Shown: piece by piece, positions 23,025-31,273 of the stretch
Layout of the letters: each line of letters starts with the position of its first letter
How positions within the stretch are numbered: the first letter of the stretch is position 1
NCBI GenBank assembly: GCA_900320765.1
Contig: ONTN01000001.1
Coordinates: forward strand, 1-31,273
DNA length: 31,273 nucleotides
Source of the DNA: an uncultured Eubacteriales bacterium
Lineage (GTDB): Bacteria > Bacillota > Clostridia > Oscillospirales > Oscillospiraceae
Direction: 5' to 3'
Notes under the pieces: model-generated
The model's database searches: none
Seen by the model: the letters and a program-made list of their open reading frames with translations, nothing else
Told to the model about the DNA's origin: nothing
Translations under genes and position numbers: made by a program

Positions 23025-24101
23025 TTATGCTTCGCATATATATGCCTTTGCACTTAGCACGTCGGCAAGCTCTGTCAGAACGAAGTCGAGCTCGAGGCCT
23101 GAGCTCACCTCCGGAGAGGATAGCGAGTAATCCTCCCTCAGCTCCTTCATGAGAACGGTGACTTTCGTTCCGCCGCCCTCTCTCTTTTCAACGGCAACTC
23201 CGCCGCCGTGTATTATTGCGGCTCTGTGAACCAGATAAAGCCCGAGGCCGAGCCCCGTGCCGTCGTCGCTTATTTCGCGCAGGGTGTCGAGCGGACGGAA
23301 CAGCCTCGCCGCCTTCTCGGGCGCGATACCGCAGCCTGTGTCCGCGACCTCCATTATAAGCGTGTTCCTCGCCTTTCGGAGGGTTATCGTTATTTTGCCG
23401 CCCCCGTCAATGCTTTTTATGCTGTTTGATATTAGGTTTAAAACGATTCTGTCTATCTCCTGCCTGTATCCGGTAAACATAATGCTGTCAGTCTCCGCCT
23501 CGACGTTTATCAAAATGCCTTTTTCGCCGGCAAGGTAAGCCGCCGCGGACGCTATCTCGCAGCATCTCTCCCGCACGTCGAAGGAGACGGGCGGATAAGC
23601 TGGCGTCTCGTCCTCCGGCTCAAGGAAGGCGGAAATATGCTCCACCACCCTTAGCATCCCGTGCCAGGCGTGGCTGAGAGAGGCGGCGTATCTGATAAGT
23701 GCGATGTCTCCGACCTCCGCCGCTCTTTTATTGATGCTCTCCTCCGCGAGGGCTGATGTTGCGAGAGCCGTGCGCAGCTCCTTCTCCGCGGCGCGGGCGA
23801 GGCCAAGTCTCTCCCCGTCAGTCTCTTTTCTCTCCGGGTGTAGGATGAAGGCTCGAAGCCCGCTCACAAGGGATACCGAGGCGGCGCAGCTATCCCTGCC
23901 GATCTCCGCCGTGCCGACGCCTTCGCTTATCCCGAGGCGGATTAACGCGCTGTCAAAAAGCTTATTTACCGGAATATTGATGTGATCGCCGCGGAAATAG
24001 TCCTTCGCGGCGGGATTCTCGTAGCATATCGCCCCGTCCTTCTTTATTACTATTACGGGCTCGGACAGGTGATCGAAGAAAGAAAACGATCTTGAGGCCA
24101 T
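23025..24101 (-). CDS. Orphan PAS-containing sensor histidine kinase-like protein with a degenerate H-box
   Basis: PAS-like N-terminus (LSEPVIVIKKDGAICYENPAA). HATPase boxes: LNLISNSIK, VADTGCGI, LFRP and GTGLGLGL. The H-box reads AEKELRTAL. ATG 24101 has an RBS (GGGGAG). Confidence 0.85.
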   Translation of the reverse strand: MASRSFSFFDHLSEPVIVIKKDGAICYENPAAKDYFRGDHINIPVNKLFDSALIRLGISEGVGTAEIGRDSCAASVSLVSGLRAFILHPERKETDGERLGLARAAEKELRTALATSALAEESINKRAAEVGDIALIRYAASLSHAWHGMLRVVEHISAFLEPEDETPAYPPVSFDVRERCCEIASAAAYLAGEKGILINVEAETDSIMFTGYRQEIDRIVLNLISNSIKSIDGGGKITITLRKARNTLIMEVADTGCGIAPEKAARLFRPLDTLREISDDGTGLGLGLYLVHRAAIIHGGGVAVEKREGGGTKVTVLMKELREDYSLSSPEVSSGLELDFVLTELADVLSAKAYICEA

Positions 24102-24361
24102 TGTCGCCACTCCCCCTGATTTGGTTTATATGATATCTTATGCTCCCGACGGGGCATTTATAGGTCAAAAGCGATGCGTACCGTATATATAGTACCAAAT
24201 TGCGCTCCACATTTCAACGCTTTTCGCCCTTCGCGGCAAAAAACAGAAAAAATTCACAAAAAGCACTTTATTTTTCAGATAAAATGCGCTATAATCCATA
24301 ATTAGAAGGGCGCTATTATGCGCAGCTGCAAACACCAATTTATATTATTTTGGAGGGCTAA

Positions 24362-25381
<1,020 letters not shown>

Positions 25382-25400
25382 TTCAGTTTCTGTCCTTTTT

Positions 25401-25438
25401 ACAGCCCTGTCCTATTAGACAGGGCTGTTTCTTTTTTC
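25401..25438 (+). terminator. Intrinsic terminator of gap
   Basis: ACAGCCCTGTC-ctatta-GACAGGGCTGT followed by TTCTTTTTT. Confidence 0.85.
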
Positions 25439-25445
25439 AAATAAT

Positions 25446-25474
25446 AACGATCCGGCGACCTGCGCCGGATCGTT
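25446..25474 (-). terminator. Hairpin terminating the convergent DUF4428-like gene
   Basis: AACGATCCGGCG-acctg-CGCCGGATCGTT, 20 bp past the stop at 25495, with a weak U tract. Confidence 0.55.
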
Positions 25475-25494
25475 GCCTGAATTGTGTAAACAGT

Positions 25495-26292
25495 TTACGC
25501 GTTAACCGCGCCTCCGCAGTATTCGCAGCAGCCGGAGGCGTCCGGGAAGGTGGTGGCTCCGCACCAGGGGCAGGTTACCGCCTTCTTCGGGGCGGTCTGA
25601 GCTATCACTTCGTCGCGGACGGCCTGTCTTGCCTGGGTGAGGGCTTCCTTTATCTCATTTCCCATCTGGACGTACTCGTTATAGTCGTTCACGCCCATGC
25701 CCAAACCGGGGAAATTGATTCCACGCTGCTTGAAGTTCCAGTTCGTCGAGCCGCCGGTCATCGGGCGCTCGCCGGTGTTGACTCTTGAGGGGTTGAGCTT
25801 GAAGCGCATATCGTCAAAATACGGGTGATTGACGCGTATAGTGATATAGAAATCGTAGGAATACTCATAGCGCGGGGGATTGTAGCTCACGGAGTTGCCG
25901 TTAGCGTCCTTGCGCTTTATTTCGTCCCTGTCCTCCTCGATATCGAGGTCGCAGCCCGTGACCTGGGAATAATCTAAAACGTCCGGGTTTGCCGATGCGA
26001 GGTTAGATGCAGAGGTGACCATAAACTTTCTCGCATCCTCGTCGAGGTACACCTTATAGTTTTTGCCGAGGCTGCGGGTGGTGTGGAAGGCGGAGACAGC
26101 CGCCTTGTTCTCCTCGCGGTATGCGAGCTGACCCTTGATGTCCTCGAGGGTGCTGTGCCTGCGCTCAGAAAACCAGGGTGAGAGCTTTGCCGCGCAGTCC
26201 TTGCAAAGGTTACCGTCCTCAAGCTTCCTGTTGCCGAAGAGCCCGATCTTGCCGCCGCAGACGCCGCAGAATTTCTTATCAAAAAGTCCCAT
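25495..26292 (-). CDS. DUF4428-like protein with N- and C-terminal zinc-ribbon motifs
   Basis: N-terminal CGVCGGKIGLFGNRKLEDGNLCKDC and C-terminal CPWCGA...CCEYCG. Good RBS. Confidence 0.75.
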   Translation of the reverse strand: MGLFDKKFCGVCGGKIGLFGNRKLEDGNLCKDCAAKLSPWFSERRHSTLEDIKGQLAYREENKAAVSAFHTTRSLGKNYKVYLDEDARKFMVTSASNLASANPDVLDYSQVTGCDLDIEEDRDEIKRKDANGNSVSYNPPRYEYSYDFYITIRVNHPYFDDMRFKLNPSRVNTGERPMTGGSTNWNFKQRGINFPGLGMGVNDYNEYVQMGNEIKEALTQARQAVRDEVIAQTAPKKAVTCPWCGATTFPDASGCCEYCGGAVNA

Positions 26293-26309
26293 TTCTAATT
26301 CTCCCTTCT

Positions 26310-27956
26310 TTATCCTTGTTCTTCAAAGAGCTCCGTGCCCTTAAATCTTACAAGATGGAACGTATATTTGCCCTCGCCGCCGGGGAGAACGTAGCTCAGT
26401 GCCCCGTCGCCGTTGTTCGCCTGATTGAGAGTCAGAAGCTGCTCTCCGTCAAGCTGAACGTAAGACGCAAGATAGTCGCCGAGATTGACCGTCATCCAGT
26501 CCGGAAGGATCTCAAAAACGCTCTCGTCGTCAGCCCAGCCGCGCTCAGTTATGCAGAGAAGGTCGGGCGCCTCGTTCTCGTCGGCATTCAGCCGGTCGTA
26601 ATCGAGGACGAGGGGTATAACAGCGTCCTCGGTGATTATCTCCATCGTTCTGTAGTCGACGAATCTGACTGCGGCCAGCGCCTCGCCGGTCTCATCGTCG
26701 CAGAGCGCCCACATTCCGTCCTCAAGGAAGGAGACAAGCTCGCGCTCATTCGTGGGATAAGCGCCTATCCCCTCTCCCGCAAGGTCGTGGCCGGTCACGT
26801 AAGCCGGGGCGTCCGCGGGGATATGGAGAGCTCCGCTCTCGCCGAACCAGTATTCTCCGGCAAAAGCGCCGCAGGCGGCGAAGACGCGCAGAGTGGGATA
26901 CCAGGGGTTATTCACCAGAATGGCGACGCTCTCGCCCTTATTCAGCACCCCGGAGGTAAGGTTCTTATTCGGAAGATTGAAGCCGTAGACCGTGGCGAGG
27001 AAATATTCGGTGCTGTTTTCCCATTCGGCTCTGTCAAATCTGTAGACGACTCCGTCCTCCTCGGCGGTGAGAATTGCCCAGCAGATGCCGGACGGCTCCT
27101 CGGAGTCCAAAAACTCCGTCTCGTAGATATCGACGGGCAGGGCGGCCTCTGCCTCCTCCCTCGTTTGGGCGAACGTGATATTGAGAAGGGTCATCGGCGC
27201 GGGCTCTTCGGCGGGCAGATTGGATATATAGCGCCACTCGCCGTTTCTGATGACTGCCGTCATAACATACGGTTTCTCAGCAAAGTGATGCTCGATATCG
27301 TAGCCCTGATAGTAGAGCGTATATGTATCGCCGGAGACGTACCCATCGGTAAATTCGACAGGGAAAAGATTCGTATCTCCGTGCTGGAAAAGGTAGATTC
27401 CGCTGTCATAGTTGCAGTACCAGCTAAGCTTATTCCTCGCGTACTCATATGGCACTCCGGTCTTCTGAAGCACGAACTTCTGAAGGGCGTTTTCGGCAAT
27501 GGCCGTAACGTCGGTGTATATCTCTCCCTCGTACATCTCGAAGAACGAAAGCACGTCCTCCGGCACCTCTGGAAGGGCTATGCCGGCTCCGTTGTACATA
27601 ACCTCGTCCCAGTCGATCTCCTCCGGGCGGTCGTAGGTGCAGACGAAGAAGCCGCCTTCCGAATAATCCAAGCTCTCGTTGAGGCTCTTTAGCTCCTCGG
27701 CCGTGAGCTGTCTTGCCTCGGCGGGCGCCGGCAGGGGCTCAGGCTCGGGTTCCGGCTCGGGGGTGGGCTCAGGCTCGGGCTCCGGTTCCGGCTCGGGGAT
27801 AGGCTCCGGTTCTGGCTCGGGGTCCTTTGTCGGCTTTGTATCCTTGTCGGTTTTAGGTTCCGGCTCGGGATCTGAGGACTTCACCTCGGCGGCGCAGGCA
27901 GCGAGGCTCAGCACCATTAAAGCCGCAAGAAGAAGCGCCAAAAATCTCTTTTTCAT
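26310..27956 (-). CDS. Uncharacterised acidic lipoprotein with a Pro-Glu repeat linker
   Basis: Signal peptide with lipobox SLAAC, a (PE)n linker and an acidic body. RBS AAAGGAG. Confidence 0.85.
   Translation of the reverse strand: MKKRFLALLLAALMVLSLAACAAEVKSSDPEPEPKTDKDTKPTKDPEPEPEPIPEPEPEPEPEPTPEPEPEPEPLPAPAEARQLTAEELKSLNESLDYSEGGFFVCTYDRPEEIDWDEVMYNGAGIALPEVPEDVLSFFEMYEGEIYTDVTAIAENALQKFVLQKTGVPYEYARNKLSWYCNYDSGIYLFQHGDTNLFPVEFTDGYVSGDTYTLYYQGYDIEHHFAEKPYVMTAVIRNGEWRYISNLPAEEPAPMTLLNITFAQTREEAEAALPVDIYETEFLDSEEPSGICWAILTAEEDGVVYRFDRAEWENSTEYFLATVYGFNLPNKNLTSGVLNKGESVAILVNNPWYPTLRVFAACGAFAGEYWFGESGALHIPADAPAYVTGHDLAGEGIGAYPTNERELVSFLEDGMWALCDDETGEALAAVRFVDYRTMEIITEDAVIPLVLDYDRLNADENEAPDLLCITERGWADDESVFEILPDWMTVNLGDYLASYVQLDGEQLLTLNQANNGDGALSYVLPGGEGKYTFHLVRFKGTELFEEQG
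27735..27822 (-). repeat. Degenerate hexanucleotide coding repeat (Pro-Glu)n
   Basis: Encodes [29 protein letters not shown] with varied synonymous codons. Confidence 0.8.
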
Positions 27957-28039
27957 AATCGGCTCCTTTCAGGCTTTTTATATACATAAAATAGCACATT
28001 ACCCGCCTTTTTGCAAGCGGATAGTATGCCTTATATGAG

Positions 28040-28067
28040 AAAAGAGCCCGCGATCGCGGGCTCTTTT
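28040..28067. terminator. Bidirectional intrinsic terminator after the SLH gene
   Basis: AAAAGAGCCCGCG-at-CGCGGGCTCTTTT. Confidence 0.85.
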
Positions 28068-28074
28068 GAACGTA

Positions 28075-30784
28075 TTATTTAAGCTCAGTCCAGGTCTCGG
28101 CTTCTCCGTCTTTCTCAAAACCGTGGCCGTTTGCGGCTTCCATAATGCCGTAGTAGTTCCAATGGCTCGTCTCCACGTCGCCGAAGCTTCTCAGTTCGGC
28201 TGCGTGGCCGTCTATAAACGCCTTGTCAGGCGTTCTGTCCAGCACTCTGTTCAGCACGGCGGCGACTTCCGTCCTCTTTATTTTTTCCTCCGGCTTGAAG
28301 CTGCCGTCGGGGTATCCGTCGATCCATCCTAACGTGTATGCCTTTGCTATATCGGCGTATGCCCAGCTATCCTTGGCAACGTCGGTAAAGCTTACCTCCC
28401 CTTCCTCCGCGTCAAAGAATCTCGTGCAGATAGAGACGAACTCGGCTCTTGAAATTTTTTCTTCCGGGCGGAAGCTTCCGTCGGGATAGCCCTTTATTAT
28501 GCCGTGAGACGCAAGAGTCGTAACAGCGTCGTAGTACCACCTGCCCTCTTCGACGTCAGAGAGGGCTATCTCCGTCTTGCCCGGCATCTTATTCTTCAGT
28601 AGATTATATATCACCTGTGCCGCCTCGGCTCTTGTGAGCGCGTCAAGAGGCCTGAAGCTGCCCTTATACCCCTTGAGGTATGCGATGTGCTCATCGCGGA
28701 TAAGCTCCGGACGTACTTGAGATGCTGGCGGATCAGTCTTCTGAGGTGCCGGAGGCTCTGACGTCCAAACTGCCGTGTAAACAGCATCCTCAGTCACGGT
28801 CTCGCTGAGTTCAGGCGTCCAGCCCGCAAATACGGCTCCGCTCTTCGTTGGATCTTCAATATGGGGCGTTTCAGAGCCGAGAGCGCATTTTATCTCAGCA
28901 AGCACAGTGTCACCATCCGTATAGGTTACGGTTCTGCACTCTCTGACGATATAGCAGGTATCTCCGTCGTACTCGGGTATGATATTATCTATCTCAACGG
29001 CTATATACCCATCGGCGACGAATTCGCTCGGGTCGAAGCTAAAGGTGCCGCCCTTTACGACGCATTCGTTCTCCTCGTGAGCGGAAAGTCCCTCTCCGTT
29101 CTCTCCGGCATAGGTCAGGACCGGGTTTCCGGAGATAACGACCTTTGCCGGTATTCTTCTTCCGTTATCGTAGGACGGATACTGTGCGGAGATAAGAGCT
29201 CCGCTGCCCTCGAACACTATTCTGCCCTCGCCCGTTATCTCAAGTTCGCCCTCATGTACAAGGAAGGGACCCTCATTAATATTCCAGGGTGGAGCGGAGG
29301 TCTTGAGCTCCTGACCGCCGAGGTCGAGGAATATTTTTCTGCCCTCAAGCCAAAGCGACCACGTCGTTCTGCCCTCATAACCCTTGAGGAGCCTTACGGT
29401 ATTTCCCGCCTTGATGCTGTAAAAAACGCTGCCCAGCTCGGAATACTCGCTATTGCTTCTGAATTTGAAGCCCGTCTCAACTTCCTCCGCAAAGAAGTCT
29501 CTGTCGTCGCCGTAAAAATAGAGCTGGTCGCTGGAGTACATCTCCTTCGGCTCTATGTCAAAGCTGCCCCAGACAACGCCGTCTGACTCCTCGAGGTCAA
29601 GGACTATGCCCTCTCTCCAGCCGCCGAAATGGGTATAGAGCAAGAACGCGTTATCAGTAACGGATTCCACCATTCCCTCCGGGAGCTTGACTCTGCCGCT
29701 CATGGGCATCTTAAGGTGCGTTTCGGTATGGCTCTGCCTTCCATTATTAAGCTCCGCGCCGTTTACATAGGCGGTAGAGCTCTCATTAACGGAAAGGTTT
29801 ATAACGAATTCTCTGTTTGTCGCGTAGTCATCGTATCTATAGTAGCTGCCGCTCTCTTCGACTCTGTAATAAACGTCTATATAGATCACAGCCTCAGCCG
29901 GGGCGTTCCCGTTCTCCGTGTCGACAAGCTTGTCATCGACTACGGCGTATCTGCCGCTTGCCATTACAGCAAGAGTGGAAAGGTTTCTGATCTCCATGTA
30001 CCCATTGCCGGAAGTATAAGCGTCCATGCCGATGGCTTCGAGGTCAGACTTGTTCATTTCAAAGTAGCTTTGAGTGCTGTTATCGTAAACTGTATCAAGG
30101 ACCCGGAATTCCTCCCTAAGCCCCTCGATGTCCTTGAGCTCAAGGACAGGATAGAAGGTTATGTGTTCGCTGGGAACACTGCGTGCAGCTGAATCGCTTG
30201 GGAAATGCTCGGCAAAGATACACCGATAATAATACTCTTCCTTCGTCATAGTAAGGAGGAGTAAAGCGCTCCATATACTTCTCAGCGCTCCAGCCCTTAA
30301 ACTCGAAGATATCCTCATTCGGATTCCCCTCCGGAGCAGTAATGCCGCTTCCGGATCTCTCCGCTTCAAATGAAGTATAGGTAGACGTGGGGTATCCGTT
30401 TTCCATTATGTACCGCACGAACTCGACTTTTAGCTTATCGAGCCGGCAAACCCCGTAAAGCACGGTCTCCCCGTCCGGGAAGTCGTCGGCATTTATTGTA
30501 TCGCCCTCGTAATACTCGGGCGTTTTTGCACCGCGCTCGGTGCTCCAGCCAATGAACGTATAGTCATTGTTATAGTAATAATAAGGTCCGTCTGTCGGAA
30601 CGCCCGGAAGAGTCGCAGTCTCTCCGCTCTTCAGATAGATAGTCGGAAAACTGCCGTGATAGGCCTCCACATCCTGAAAGCGGATGATCTTTTCCGCGTC
30701 GCTCTCGTCCGCAGCCGCAGCGCCCAAAGGCAGGATACCGACGCAGAGCACAATCGCAAGAGCAAGAGCTATAATTTTTCTCAT
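28075..30784 (-). pseudogene. SLH-domain cell-surface protein (signal peptide, InlB-B/Listeria-Bacteroides-like repeats, 3 SLH domains), frameshifted by a ~70-bp insertion
   Basis: The N-terminal part starts at 30784 (RBS AAGGGGG; MRKIIALALAIVLCVG...AAAA) in one frame. The C-terminal part (...FAGWTPE...YTAVW, GYPDGSFRPEEKISRAEF, GYPDGSFKPEEKIKRTEV) is in another frame. Removing 30171-30240 gives one 879-aa ORF. Confidence 0.85.
30171..30240 (-). other. Inserted fragment encoding an asparagine synthetase B-like C-terminal peptide
   Basis: Translates as (TK)EEYYYRCIFAEHFPSDSAARSVP(SE), closely resembling the AsnB C-terminal motif KEEYYYRSIFxEHFPSxSAAxSVP as recalled. Its excision restores the host frame. 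Confidence 0.7.
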
Positions 30785-30903
30785 AATAAATCCCCCTTGT
30801 GTTTCTATTCTGAATATATCATGGTTTTGTTGCTTCGGCACTTACTTTTTCTCCTTTTTTATACTAATACAATAACACAATTACGCCCGTGTTGCCAGAA
30901 CGA

Positions 30904-30935
30904 TTAAGGCGCGAAGCCATTGCTTCGCGCCTTAA
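30904..30935 (-). terminator. Hairpin terminator after the last ORF
   Basis: TTAAGGCGCGAAGC-catt-GCTTCGCGCCTTAA, 13 bp past the stop. Confidence 0.7.
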
Positions 30936-30948
30936 CTCTTTGTTTTGT

Positions 30949-31273
30949 TTACTGCTTCTCGTAGACGTACTTGTAGGTCCACATATCCTCGGGATCGCCG
31001 TTGAAAATCTCAAGCTCGCCATCCTTGAGGGTGCCGGTGTACTCGATTTTGATGCCGAGGAAGGTCTCGGTCATGGTGAAATCTTCACCGTCGAGCGTCC
31101 AGGTTACGTTAAGCTCGAGGTCATCGCGCTTATGTACGCCCTTGCCGTTTGCCTTGAAGGTGAAAGAGACCTCCACGAGATCCTCTGCGTTTGCCGTCTG
31201 TTCGAACGAGGTCATAAGGCCCTGATAATAGACGCCCTTGTACTTGTTTGCAACGACGGACATGCCGGCGCCG
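30949..31273 (-). CDS. C-terminal part of a hypothetical (probably envelope) beta-rich protein containing a phage tail-tube-like segment; probably 5'-truncated by the window edge
   Basis: The frame is open to the window end (GAGMSVV...) and no RBS is visible before ATG 31263. The C-terminal NVTWTLDGEDFTMTETFLGIKIEYTGTLKDGEL resembles clostridial beta-barrel lipoprotein domains. Confidence 0.65.
   Translation of the reverse strand, partial: GAGMSVVANKYKGVYYQGLMTSFEQTANAEDLVEVSFTFKANGKGVHKRDDLELNVTWTLDGEDFTMTETFLGIKIEYTGTLKDGELEIFNGDPEDMWTYKYVYEKQ

Noticed and set aside
24286-24324. Near-direct repeat GCGCTATAAT / GCGCTATTAT around the gap -10 box as an operator
   Set aside because: It is short, overlaps an AT-rich promoter element and does not match the CggR operator as I recall it; chance cannot be excluded.
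27735-27822. Pro-Glu repeat as a CRISPR or mobile repeat
   Set aside because: It is an in-frame coding low-complexity linker with synonymous variation and no spacers.
30140-30369. Programmed ribosomal frameshift or homopolymer phase variation as the cause of the split SLH gene
   Set aside because: There is no slippery heptamer or long homopolymer at the frame change. A clean insertion explains it and restores a sensible repeat-domain sequence when removed.
28075-30369. 764-aa ORF as an independent gene starting at 30369
   Set aside because: Its first ~40 codons are an alternative-frame reading of the upstream part. It has no RBS or signal peptide, while the SLH domains need the signal peptide encoded at 30784.

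Overview
This is a chromosomal window from a moderately GC-rich Clostridia-type bacterium; an Oscillospiraceae-like lineage is inferred from gene order and gene style. Bases 1 to about 8830 are the right part of an integrative mobilizable element. It carries a 5'-truncated Hhe-like (DUF4011-SF1 helicase-Vsr-like-DUF3320) cargo gene, a structured non-coding region with an SOS-like promoter, mobC, a MOBP relaxase, tnpW and a large serine recombinase. The element ends next to a minus-strand tRNA operon (Gly-Arg-His-Gln-Lys). The tRNA-Lys 3' end is duplicated around a small four-stem palindromic element. The middle is housekeeping: SBP-asnS-AAA ATPase, a nucleotidyltransferase/pseudo-phosphomutase fusion, gdpP-rplI-dnaB-tilS-hpt-ftsH, a His-less sensor kinase and gap. 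The right end has cell-envelope genes. The most unusual observation is two short foreign-looking gene fragments within about 1 kb. One is a ~70-bp piece encoding an AsnB-like C-terminal peptide that frameshifts an SLH surface-protein gene. The other is a ~100-bp piece resembling a TP901-1-family phage tail-tube protein, fused in frame in the next gene. Both have microhomology or short repeats at their borders. An assembly or polishing chimera has to be excluded. All family assignments come from motif recognition and recall; no database search was run.
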